A stretch of DNA of 64,000 nt from Eledone cirrhosa (GCA_964016885.1 OZ024751.1:9858001-9922000); one strand, 5' to 3'; shown: positions 1 through 10,790, numbered from the stretch's first letter. Program-made: numbers and translations. The notes: a model not told the origin generated them from the sequence alone.

Positions 1-142
1 CTCGTCATCTATTTGTTGTGGTATACAAACCCTTTTATTAAAGGGTAACCTCGAAGGATGGATATTACCCATCTTATATGTTTTGTCAGCTGGATTGAAG
101 AATAGTTTCTCTAAGGGGTTGTCATTATATCTATCGTCATAG

Positions 143-310
143 TTGTGTGTGTTGCTATTATTGTTATTGTTATTATGCTGGTTGTTGTTCCTTATCTTTT
201 TTGTTATGATTGCTAGATGTATTGTTGCTGTGATTGTTAGAGGTATTGTTGTTGTTTTCTCCACCGTTATTGTTGTTGTTACTGTTATTTCTACCATTAT
301 GGTTGTTTAT
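143..310. repeat. Degenerate (GTT/ATT/GCT)n low-complexity tract
   Basis: Imperfect NNT triplet periodicity, e.g. ttattgttattgtt and gttgttgttactgttatt. Confidence 0.7.
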
Positions 311-319
311 TCGTGTCAT

Positions 320-320
320 T

Positions 321-392
<72 letters not shown>

Positions 393-530
393 CGTGCGTG
401 CGTGTGTGTGTGTGTGTGCGTGTGTGTGTATACGTGCATGTGCGTGTATGTATGTATCCATATATCTGCATATGAATATATGTAGATAGATATATAGATT
501 GATGCATACATACATACATACATATACATG
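320..530. repeat. Compound microsatellite (TA)n-(TG)n-(TGCG)n-(TACA)n
   Basis: Directly visible di- and tetranucleotide runs. Confidence 0.95.
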
Positions 531-2009
531 TACACTTTTCCATCCATTTCCATGTATTTGTGTGTATGTGTGTATATGTATATGTTTGTATTCGAAAAAA
601 TAACGCTCTCGGTAAGTTTTCTCTTATGTTATGCAATATATATTATCTGTTTAATTTTTTTAGGGGTTTGTACATATAGGATTACATTATCCAATGTGTT
701 CTTTCAAACCTTTTAAAGAAAGATCGAAACTTATGAAATAATGGAATATGAAAGGTAAAGAAAAAATGTTAAAATAACTTTTAAATATTTATAAGAAAGT
801 TATAAATTAGTGAAATAGACTTGGAAACATTTAATAACTTTTGAACATATATAAGAAAACTGGAAAGTTTAAAAATTCTGAAATGTAAAATTATACTTTG
901 TTTTGTTCTCCTTGCTTTACGTAAACAACATTTCCTTCGTTTCTTTAAAATTATATTTGCTAGACTGTCTGGCGGATGTGACAAAGAAGTAAATTGAAGT
1001 TTAAAGATGGAGACGGGAAGTCGAAGAGACGTTGACCTTAGTGGATGTGAGCTGCAGAGACTGAGCTATGGCTTTTCAGTAAAGTTGCTGTTTTATGTGA
1101 AAAATATGGCGATATTTTTTATTAAAATATATCAAGATTGTAATGTTTAATATTTTCCTATCATTTTAGATTGATCTAAATGTATGTTTAGTCATGGTTA
1201 CATTTATAAGTATGTTTGCATTAACATCATTATATATCAAATATATTCTACATTTAGCTTTCACTGTCGGCTATACTCTGCTTCAGCTAATGATTGGGGG
1301 TCTCAATAGTTGTGGCAACTTTTGAGAGTATCGCTGCTTGTACCAGCTCAAAGCAACATTAACGCTAACTGGAAATATCCGGAGTGTATGCCCACAAACT
1401 ATCATACTTTTTCCTGACGTTATCCATGCAGTTCCCCACAAGCTTATTTGTTCTGGGCGTTAGCTTCTCACAAATTCTACTGCTATATTTATAATGAAGC
1501 ATTTTCTGCTTCCCGCTCCAATTGATAAATCGATTCTCTGATGCCCCTTCTAAGTGCAATATTAGCCAGGTAGGGCAGAATGTATTTAGCTACAAGGCTT
1601 GACTCTCCATTATCTCCATTCTTCTCAAAAGTATTTCGTAAACTTAGAGGGATCATAATAAGAACTTCGGCAAAAGGCCATGTTGGTAACTCCACAGCTT
1701 AACTTCTCTGCTGAATTACTGTAATCGCAGGTAACTCCTGTTTCAGCTTCGCCTCTATCTCAATTGTCCTTTTGCCAATATTATATTGTCACAGCTACTG
1801 CAAAGTTTTTGAGTTTATACATCCTTTAGATTCTTATTTCCTATTCCCATTATTGTGAGAGATGTAGACAGATTCAGAAGGTGGTTCCAACAAGAAAAGA
1901 ATCTCTGATCAAGTTGTTCATCTTTTTTTCAATCTACAGAAAAATATTTAAATAAGGTATGTTGGGATATTTAAATTTCTAAATACGTGTGCTTACATTT
2001 CAATAAGAA

Positions 2010-2215
<206 letters not shown>

Positions 2216-2411
2216 AATTTATTTATGTAGATGTATACATATATGTACATGTACATGCATAGACATACATATATACTTCCATACAATACATAAAAACATA
2301 TATATATACATAATGTTATTACTGTTCTTATTGTTGTTGTTACTGTTGTACTTCCTGTAACTGTTTCCTGCTGTTACTATTGCAGTTAGATAATTGATTG
2401 CTTTTGCTGGC

Positions 2412-2608
2412 AATAATTGTTTTTACTTTTGGCACAAGGCCAGCAATTACCCAGTGCATTACTGGTACTTTATTTTATCGACCCCGTAAGGATAAAAGGC
2501 AAAGTTAATCTCAGTGGGATTTGAACTCAGAATGACAAGGGCCGTAACTCTATGCGTTGTCAAAGCATGGTGTACGACCCTCTACCGATACTGCCAATCC
2601 ACCGCCCT
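2412..2608 (-). mobile_element. tRNA-derived SINE resembling Octopus SINEs, apparently internally shortened
   Basis: Minus strand reads GGGCGGTGGAT-TGGCAGTATCGG (Pol III A box, 2596-2585), GAGTTCAAATCCC (B box, 2528-2516), then GGGGTCGATAAAATAAAGTACCAGT and a GGCCTTGTGCCAAAA end. The resemblance to octopus SINE consensus is from recall, not from a search. Confidence 0.8.
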
Positions 2609-2643
2609 TTGCTAGCAATAATAACAACAGCAACAATAATTAA

Positions 2644-2714
<71 letters not shown>
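2644..2714. repeat. (AAT)23 microsatellite
   Basis: Perfect AAT run. Confidence 0.97.
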
Positions 2715-3004
2715 GGGAAGAAGACGCACGAGGTGACGGAGGTCATGAAATCGCTCCCGTAAGTTTTGAATTTTTAACATATTTAAACCATTTGTGAAAT
2801 AACAACTCTTAGTACAAATGCTACGTAAAGCACCCGGCTTGAGCCCCAAAAAATTCGGACCCAAAATATATTGTTATAAGGCTCAAATATTCAAATATTC
2901 AACTTTGTATTGTACACTGTATATCCAAAAAAGAAAATGGCTATAAATGGAAGAAGAACCCCCCCCCCCTCCTCCTCTGTATACACTATATAGAACAGCC
3001 AAAC

Positions 3005-3530
3005 TCACCAACACCAGAAACTAGATACACCACCCACCCTATCACCTGTGTACACTAAACCACCACCGATCACTACGGCCATCATTACAACCATTATCCC
3101 ATCACCGCCGCCACCACCCCTTCACTCCTTCACTGCTGCCACCGCTACAGCACCATCGCTACAGTAATACGGTCACATCACCGCCACCACTGTCTCGGTA
3201 TCGACATCACCACCACCACTGTCTCAGTATCGCTACCGCCGCCAGTCTCCCACTTCTTCTTTTAGCTGGCTGCTGCCACCACATTATAGAATCCCTACTG
3301 CTAAAAAAGAGGAAGGCATCAAAATATATAGATAGACTCAAAAGAAAAAAGAAAAAATAAACAACAAAAGCAGCACAGCAACAACAGTAAAAAACGAGAA
3401 AAACAGAGAAAAACAAAAACAAAAAAAGAAACCCCCAAAACGTAAAGAAAATAAGAATGAAGAGAGAGGCAGGCGGACGGACAGAGAAGAGGGGGGAAAA
3501 AGTAAAACTTAAAAAACAAAAACTAAGTCA
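3005..3530. repeat. Low-complexity segment: (CAC/CCA)-rich, then A-rich
   Basis: caccaccacc/ccgccaccac-rich at about 3005-3280, then A-rich purine runs to about 3530. Confidence 0.6.
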
Positions 3531-3574
3531 GACATTCGAATACTACATTACAATGAAACTTATGCTTATTCATT

Positions 3575-6500
3575 TTTGGGGCCCTTTCTGCCCGTGTGTT
3601 TGTTTGTTTATGTGTGTCCGTATACAGCGTGGTGATAATGCCACACAAGGGCCAAGTGGGATGGCGGATCCACAGATGGCTATGTAAACATACATTCGCC
3701 AATCCTCGATAAGAGTGTTTAAATATCGAACATAAACAGTTCGAATAACGGTGAAATGGAGACTAGAACGTCATGTGACAGACTCTCACCCAACAGGTGC
3801 CCCCTGGCTCAGCAGCAGGAACCTGACTGTCAACGAAATACTGCTGATGTTGGAGGAAGAAGAAGAAGGAAAGGGGCCAGAACCAACTGGACGAAAGAAT
3901 TGAATAGAACTGTTATGCAATGCTACCTGAAAAGTAACCCCAAGGAGAGGGGCTACAGGAGACGGATGCATAACATCTGGAACGAGATTGGTTTATTTAA
4001 ATTAGATGAACAAAAATTGGCCGGGCAGGCTCGGGTAATAAGAACTAATGGGTGGATAAGCGAGCTGGAACTGGAGGAACTGAGCAGAGAGAATGGCTTG
4101 GAGATGGCGGGTGTAGTATGCCAGACAAGCGAGCCGGCGGGAAATGAAGGTGAGGAGGTCCTGAGAGCGGAGGAACCACCCGAAGCAGACAATGATCTGA
4201 ATACTGAGATAAATAATACCTGGAACAGAGATACGGCCACTGAGGAGATGAATGCTGACGGGCTAGGACAAGATTCGGTTGACATCCTAAATTTAGTGGT
4301 AGATGAGTTGAACAATGATAGTGGGAGACCTATGAACCTAAGATTTGTAGACAGGAAAAAGTTAAAAGAAACAACAGCTAAGGTAAACAAAGTCATCCCA
4401 TACCTTGAGGCGAGGAGTCTTCACCAGTGCAACAATATCCTCAAAGCAACAGCAAATACGGTGAGGAAACTACTTGGTATAAAAGCGAGAGGAAACAACA
4501 GACAAGAAAGAGCAGAGCCGTGGTGGAAGAAGCGACTGAGTGGGCAAATCGGGGAAATGAGAAATGACATAGGAAAGCTTGAGTCACTACTGAATGGGAC
4601 ACTAAAAAACATAGGCACTAAAAATAGACTGGAAATAAAATACAAAACTAGGAGTAAAAAGCTAAATATTATCATAGAGGAATTGAAGCAACGCATTGTA
4701 GCAAAGAGTGCCAAAATCAGGCGATACGAGAACAGAGTCAGTCAGTATAAACAGAACCGCATGTTCGACAACAACCAGAAGATGCTGTTTGGACAGCTTG
4801 AGGGGAAAGAAAGAGGCACCGACTTGATCCCTGGGGCGGAACAAGCTAAAACATTCTGGAGAGGAATATGGGAGCAGGATGTTAGACACAATGCCCAGGC
4901 AGGGTGGATTGAGACAGTACAGAGGGAGATCGGTGAGCAGGCACAGCAACAGACTGATTTGAGTATCACAGTTGAAACTCTTAAGGGGCAAGCCAAAAAA
5001 CTAACCAACTGGAAATCACCAGGCCCAGATGGTGTGCAGGGGTATTGGATTAAACATTTAACATCCCTCCACCCGAAGCTGACGGCCATGTTCAATGACT
5101 GCTTGGTGTCGGGTGAGGTGCCAGAGTGGTTGACAAAAGGTACCACAGTTCTGATAATGAAAGACCGAATCAAGGGTAATGATGTTACCAACTATAGACC
5201 TATCACATGTCTGCCCGTAATGTGGAAACTGTTGACGAGCATTGTGTCTGAGGAAATCTACCATCACCTCCACACAAACAACTTGTTGCCGGACGAACAG
5301 AAAGGATGCCGAAAGAAGTCACGTGGTACAAAGGACCAGTTGCTTATTGATAAGATGGTAATGGGGAATTGCAGGAGGAGACACACTGATCTTGCCATGG
5401 GATGGATAGACTACAGAAAGGCATTTGACATGGTGCCTCATTCCTGGATCACCAAAAGCCTGGAGATCTTCAGGGTGGCAGATAACATCAGAGAGTTGCT
5501 GGGCAGGAGTATGGGGTCCTGGGAGACAGAGTTGACATCAACTGGAGTATCCTTGGGAAGCGTGAAGATCAAGAGAGGTATCTTCCAGGGAGATAGCCTG
5601 TCCCCTCTGTTGTTTGTCCTTGCCCTGATGCCCTTGACCATTATGCTGCGAAAAGTGAGAGCAGGATACAAGTTGGGAAGGGGAGAGCTTACCATCAATC
5701 ACCTCCTCTTCATGGACGATCTTAAGCTCTTCGGGAAAAGTGAGAAGGAGTTGGATGTGCTTGTTGACACTGTCCGTATTTTCAGCAGTGATATATGTAT
5801 GCAGTTTGGTATTGGTAAATGTGGAGTCATTGTGATGAGGAGGGGTAGGTTGAGCAGAAGTAACGGGATCCAGATACCAACAGGTGAGATGATAAAGGAA
5901 ATTGACTCTGAGGAAGGATACAAGTATTTGGGCGTTCTGGAGGCTGATGGCATAAAGAACAAAAAAATGAAGGAATTGTTAAGAACTGAATACATTCGGA
6001 GAGTAAGGAGCGTATTGAAGTCACATCTGAACAGCAGAAATGCCATAAGCGCAGTAAATTCCCGAGCTGTGTCTATTATTAGGTACAGTGCGGGAATTCT
6101 GAGATGGAATGTTGCTGAACAAAAAGAAATGGATAGGAAGACTAGGAAGCTATTGACTATCTACAACATGTTCCACAAGAGGAGTGATGTCGATAGACTC
6201 TACCTAAGGAGATCTGAGGGTGGAAGAGGTCTTATCAGCATAGAGGACTGTGTTCAGATGGAGAAAAACAACCTATACAAATACGTGACCTATAGTAAGG
6301 AGCCAATGCTCAGAGCTGTACTGAAGGAGGGGAGAGTAGGCCAGGGGATACCCAAGGAGGAAATAACATCAAGGAGGAAGAGCAGCCTTAAGGGAAAATC
6401 CCTTCATAGTACCTTCTTTGAGAAAACTGAATTTAGAGATCCACAGACATGGAACTGGTTGAGAAGAGGAGACCTCAAAAAGGCTACAGAAGGAATGCTA

Positions 6501-7222
6501 ATGGCTGCGCAGGAGCAGGCCCTCAAAACGAAGTGGTTGAAGCACCATATCTACAAGGAGGAGGCTAGCCCACTGTGCAGGATCTGTGGAGAGAGAGAGG
6601 AGACTGTGGCTCACATTGTGTCCGAGTGTAAACACCTAGCCCAGACCCACTATAAGGGCTGGAGACACGATGTGATGGGCAGGGTGATCCACTGGCACCT
6701 GTGCAAAGTAAACAATCTACCACATTCTGAGAAATGGTATGAGCATAGGCCAGAGGCGGTGATGGAGAACAGTCAGGTGAAGGTGCTGTGGGATTTTAGG
6801 ATACAGACGGACAAAAAACTGGAACACAATAGACCTGACCTGGTGGTTGTGGACAAAGAAAAAAGATCGTGCCTGATTGTGGATGTGGCCTGCCCGTTCG
6901 ACACGAGAGTGCAAGAGAAGGAGAGGGAGAAAATTAACCGATACCAGGACCTAAAGTGGGAGGTGAAAAGGATTTGGAACTGCCATGAAGTCAAAGTGAT
7001 CCCGATTGTCATAGGCGCACTGGGGACTATCTCCAAAGGTTTCCAGGGATGGTTAAAGAAAATCGGCCCCTTCACGCTTTTTGGAACGCTTCAAAAGGCA
7101 TGCTTGCTTGGAACGGCAAGAACCCTCCGATACGTCCTGAATATCTGAGGCTGCAGGTAGTGGCTTGATATTCAATCCAACGGACTTTCCAGTTAACCAA
7201 CATCAATGACTGAGATTCAAGG
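3575..7222 (+). mobile_element. R4/Dong-clade RLE non-LTR retrotransposon, family A, probably full length (copy A1). The 5' boundary is uncertain
   Basis: Single ORF with RT, CCHC and PD-(D/E)xK endonuclease, about 75 nt of 3' UTR, then an (AAC/AAT)n tract. No LTRs and no APE domain. Confidence 0.88.
3756..7148 (+). CDS. Reverse transcriptase / restriction-like endonuclease polyprotein (R4/Dong type), intact, 1130 aa
   Basis: RT motifs KSPGPDG, NYRPITCL, EQKG, WIDYRKAFDMVPH, GIFQGDSLSPLLF, HLLFMDDLKLF, YKYLG; RLYLRRSEGGRGL; zinc knuckle CRICGEREETVAHIVSEC; RHD; RLE catalytic RPDLVVVD...IVDVACP...EKINRY; C-terminal PIVIGALG. The N-terminus has no C2H2 fingers, as expected for the R4 clade. 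Confidence 0.95.
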   Translation: METRTSCDRLSPNRCPLAQQQEPDCQRNTADVGGRRRRKGARTNWTKELNRTVMQCYLKSNPKERGYRRRMHNIWNEIGLFKLDEQKLAGQARVIRTNGWISELELEELSRENGLEMAGVVCQTSEPAGNEGEEVLRAEEPPEADNDLNTEINNTWNRDTATEEMNADGLGQDSVDILNLVVDELNNDSGRPMNLRFVDRKKLKETTAKVNKVIPYLEARSLHQCNNILKATANTVRKLLGIKARGNNRQERAEPWWKKRLSGQIGEMRNDIGKLESLLNGTLKNIGTKNRLEIKYKTRSKKLNIIIEELKQRIVAKSAKIRRYENRVSQYKQNRMFDNNQKMLFGQLEGKERGTDLIPGAEQAKTFWRGIWEQDVRHNAQAGWIETVQREIGEQAQQQTDLSITVETLKGQAKKLTNWKSPGPDGVQGYWIKHLTSLHPKLTAMFNDCLVSGEVPEWLTKGTTVLIMKDRIKGNDVTNYRPITCLPVMWKLLTSIVSEEIYHHLHTNNLLPDEQKGCRKKSRGTKDQLLIDKMVMGNCRRRHTDLAMGWIDYRKAFDMVPHSWITKSLEIFRVADNIRELLGRSMGSWETELTSTGVSLGSVKIKRGIFQGDSLSPLLFVLALMPLTIMLRKVRAGYKLGRGELTINHLLFMDDLKLFGKSEKELDVLVDTVRIFSSDICMQFGIGKCGVIVMRRGRLSRSNGIQIPTGEMIKEIDSEEGYKYLGVLEADGIKNKKMKELLRTEYIRRVRSVLKSHLNSRNAISAVNSRAVSIIRYSAGILRWNVAEQKEMDRKTRKLLTIYNMFHKRSDVDRLYLRRSEGGRGLISIEDCVQMEKNNLYKYVTYSKEPMLRAVLKEGRVGQGIPKEEITSRRKSSLKGKSLHSTFFEKTEFRDPQTWNWLRRGDLKKATEGMLMAAQEQALKTKWLKHHIYKEEASPLCRICGEREETVAHIVSECKHLAQTHYKGWRHDVMGRVIHWHLCKVNNLPHSEKWYEHRPEAVMENSQVKVLWDFRIQTDKKLEHNRPDLVVVDKEKRSCLIVDVACPFDTRVQEKEREKINRYQDLKWEVKRIWNCHEVKVIPIVIGALGTISKGFQGWLKKIGPFTLFGTLQKACLLGTARTLRYVLNI

Positions 7223-7234
7223 AATAACAATAAC

Positions 7235-7272
<38 letters not shown>
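7223..7272. repeat. (AAT)n tail/target tract after A1
   Basis: aataacaataac followed by a perfect AAT run, between the A1 3' UTR and B1. Confidence 0.95.
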
Positions 7273-7273
<1 letters not shown>

Positions 7274-8998
7274 CTGTTCTACATGGACATTAATCACCTG
7301 TTCTACATGGATGACCTGAAACTATTTGCAAAAAATGATGAACGATTGCAAGGGCTATTGTCCACTGTGAAGCAGTTCAGTGATGACATTAAAATGGAGT
7401 TTGGACTGCATAAATGCGCCAAAGCAACGTTCACCAGAGGAAAGCTGCTGAAGAGTTCAGACATTAATCTTGATCGGGGGAACGTGATAAGAGAGCTTGA
7501 TCAAGAAAAAACTTACAAATATCTAGGTGTTTGTGAAGGAGACGGAATCAAGCACTCCACAATGAGGGAAAGGATAAGGAAGGAATGTTACCGCAGAGTA
7601 AGAGCAATCTTAAGAACGGAATTGAATGCAAGGAATAGGATCGATGCCATAAACACGCTTGCCATACCAGTAGTAACCTACAGTTACAATGTCATCAACT
7701 GGTCAAGCACAGAGATCCGTAGGCTCGATACGAAAATCCGAAAATTCTTAACCATGCACAGAATGCATCAGCCTAAGGCAGACATAGATAGAATATATCT
7801 CCCTAGGAAAGAAGGAGGACGTGGGTTAATCCAGTTAGACATTGCGTTGAAAACTGCAACAATTGGATTATCCACATATCTAAGGGAATCACATGATTGG
7901 ATGATCAAACTCGTTTTGAAACACGAAAGCACCAAAAGATCATATTCCATTACAAAAGATGCACAAAGATACAGTAATGGACTACAAATTTCAGAAGTCC
8001 CATTTACTGCTGAAATGGAAAACACAGAAAAAGAAAAGCAGGTAAAAGTAACTGCAAAGAAAGAACTGCTACAGAAACTGGCTAAGAAATGGCAAGAAAA
8101 GCCTCTGTATGGAAAATACCCAGAGCGAGCTAACAATCCTGATGTTGACAAAACTTTAACCCATCAGTGGTTGGCATCCTCTGGACTGAAATCGGAGACT
8201 GAAGGACTGATTATATCGGCACAAGATCAGTGTCTGCCAACAAAAAATTACCAAGCCAACATAATAAAAAATGGGTGCAGCCCATTATGCCGTGCATGCA
8301 AAAAACAACCAGAGACCATTGACCATATAATTTCAATGTGCAGTCCTATAGCTCCAACCGAATACCTAAACAGGCATGACAGAGCTGCACAATACATACA
8401 TTGGATAATGTGTAAGCAATTTGACCTGCCCCATCAAAAGAATTGGTGGGAGCATCAACCACCTCCCATACTTGAAAAAGATCACATCTCAATCTTGTGG
8501 AACTTTAGCATCCAAACAGACCGAATAATAGATGCAAATAGACCTGATATAATATTGAAGGACTTTCAAAAGAGGGTATGCCTGCTAATTGATATGTCTG
8601 TTCCAATACACAAGAATGTATCTATAAAAACATTTTAAAAATTGAGCAAGTATAAGGACCTGGAGATAGAAATTGGAAAAATGTGGAAATTGAGAACTAA
8701 AACAATACCAGTGGTTGTAGGCGCTCTGGGAATGATACCTAAGGGGTCTAATGACTACTTATCGCAAATCCCAGGAAACCCGCGTATAGGAGAAATACAA
8801 AAGATAGTACTAATGGGAACTGCCCATATACTAAGGAAGATTCTGTCAATATAAGTACATCACAAGTCTAAACACTAAAGATCCATGTGTGAATATGTAT
8901 GTTCTTTCTTGAACATGGCGGACCTTGTTGTCTCTTGAGGTCACTGGTTGTGACTTGGTGATAACTCGTATAAACATAAAGCAAGATAAATGCAACTG
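7272..8998 (+). mobile_element. 5'-truncated R4/Dong-type retrotransposon, family B, copy B1
   Basis: Starts at RT motif INHLFYMDDLKLF; contains YKYLG, RIYLPRKEGGRGL, CRACKKQPETIDHIISMC, RHD, RPDIIL...IDMSVP and VVVGALG; natural stop at 8852-8854; 3' UTR then (TAA)n. Confidence 0.92.
7283..8854 (+). pseudogene. C-terminal half of family B RT-RLE ORF with in-frame TAA at 8636-8638
   Basis: ORFs 7283-8638 and 8642-8854 are in the same frame (KTF*KLSKYKDL). Confidence 0.9.
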
Positions 8999-9021
8999 TA
9001 ATAATAATAATAATAATAGTA
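8999..9021. repeat. (TAA)n tract between B1 and B2
   Basis: taataataataataataatagta. Confidence 0.9.
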
Positions 9022-10770
9022 ACAATGAAACAAAACATGGATATAAAGTCTATGACAAAACCATTAATCACTTGTTCTACATGGATGACCTGAAACTATT
9101 TGCAAAAAATGATGAACAATTGCAAGGGCTATTATCCACTGTGGAGCAGTTCAGTGATGACATTAAAATGGAGTTTGGACTAGATAAATGCGCCAAAGCA
9201 ACGTTCACCAGAGCAAAGCTGCTGAAAAGTTCAGACATTAATCTTGATCGGGGGAATGTGATAAGAGAACTTGATCAAGAAAAAACTTACAAATATCTAG
9301 GTGTTTGTGAAGGAGACGGAATCAAGCACTCGACAATGAGGGAAAGGATAAGGAAGGAATGTTACCGCAGAGTCAGAGCAATCTTAAGAACGGAATTGAA
9401 TGCAAGGAATAGGATCGATGCCATAAACACGCTTGCCATACCAGTAGTAACCTACAGTTACAATGTCATCAACTGGTCAAGCACAGAGATCAGTAGGCTC
9501 GATACAAAAATTCGAAAATTCTTAACCATGCACAGAATGCATCACCCTAAGGCAGATATAGATAGAATATATCTCCCTAGGAAAGAAGGAGGATGTGGGT
9601 TAATCCAGTTAGACATTGCGTTGAAAACTGCAACAATTGCATTATCTACATATCTAAGGGAATCACATGATTGGATGATCAAACTCGTTTTGAAACACGA
9701 AAGCATCAAAAGATCATATTCCATTACAAAAGATGCACAAAGATACAGTAATGGACTACAAATTTCAGAAGTCCCATTTACTGCTGAAATGGAAAACACA
9801 GAAAAAGCAAAGCAGATAAAAGTAACTGCAAAGAAAGAACTGCTACAGAAACTGGCTAAGAAATGGCAAGAAAAGCCTCTGTATGGAAAATACCCAGAAA
9901 GAGCTAACAATCCTGATGTTGACAAAACTTTAACCCATCAGTGGTTGGCATCCTTGGACTGAAATCGGAGACTGAAGGACTGATTATATCAGCACAAGAT
10001 CAGTGTCTGCCAACAAAATATTACCAAGCCAACATAATAAAAAATGGGTGCAACCCATTATGCCGTGTATGCAAAAAACAACCAGAGACCATTGACCATA
10101 TAATTTCAATGTGCAGTCCTATAGCTCCAACCGAATACCTAAACAGGCATGACAAAGCTGCACAATACATACATTGGATAATGTGTAAGCATATTGACCT
10201 GCCCCATCAAAAGAATTGGTGGGAGCATCAACCACCTCCCATACTTGAAAAAGATCACATCTCAATCTTGTGGAACTTTAGCATCCAAACAGACCGAATA
10301 ATAGATGCAAATAGACCTGATATAATATTGAAGGACTTTAAAAAGAGGGTATGCCTGCTAATTGATATGTCCGTTCCAATACACAAGAATGTATCTATAA
10401 AAACATTTTAAAAATTGAGCAAGTATAAGGACCTGGAGATAGAAATTGGAAAATGTGGAAATTGAGAACTAAAACAATACCAGTGTTGGTAGGCGCTCTA
10501 GGAATGATACCTAAGGGGTCTAATGATTACTTATCGCAAATCCCAGGAAACCCGCATATAGGAGAAATACAAAAGATAGTACTAATGGGAACTGCCCATA
10601 TACTAAGGAAGATTCTGTCAATATAAGTACATCACAAGTCTAAACACTAAAGATCCATGTGTGAATATGTATGTTCTTTCTTGAACATGGCGGACCTTGT
10701 TGTCTCTTGAGGTCACTGGTTGTGACTTGGTGATAACTCGTATGAACATAAAGCAAGATAAATGCAGCTA
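9022..10770 (+). mobile_element. 5'-truncated family B copy B2, a near-identical tandem of B1 and more decayed
   Basis: Colinear with B1 at offset 1774 (5') and 1772 (3'); same TAA at 10409-10411; extra 1-nt deletions near 9953 (gcatccttgg vs gcatcctctgg) and 10451 (ggaaaatg vs ggaaaaatg); ends in (TAA)n at 10771-10789. Confidence 0.92.
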
Positions 10771-10790
10771 TAATAATAATAATAATAATT

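Noticed and set aside
960-1960. Higher-complexity segment with short minus-strand ORFs (1365-1559, 1489-1695)
   Set aside because: Possibly a decayed TE or an exon, but I could not recognise any motif and the minus-strand frames I read contain stops. It needs a BLASTX or Dfam search.
2516-2608. tRNA gene
   Set aside because: A and B boxes are present but there is no cloverleaf, and the sequence continues into a SINE body.
3580-3660. Canonical HDV-like or hammerhead ribozyme call
   Set aside because: A 7-bp P1-like helix is present, but the P1.1 GG, L3 and catalytic-C context do not fit, and there is no CUGANGA/GAAA core. Kept only as a structured-UTR candidate.
3756-7148. Prokaryotic RT system (retron, DGR, group II intron)
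   Set aside because: The RT-CCHC-RLE architecture, simple-repeat tail and 5'-truncated copies are diagnostic of eukaryotic non-LTR retrotransposons.
3786-9925. Minus-strand ORFs inside the retrotransposons
   Set aside because: Antisense shadows of the RT ORF with no recognisable motifs.
8925-9962. ORF fusing the B1 3' UTR, poly-Asn and the B2 RT as a novel chimeric protein
   Set aside because: Chance read-through of the (AAT)n tract from a TTG start. It ends at a frameshift and lacks the N-terminal RT motifs.
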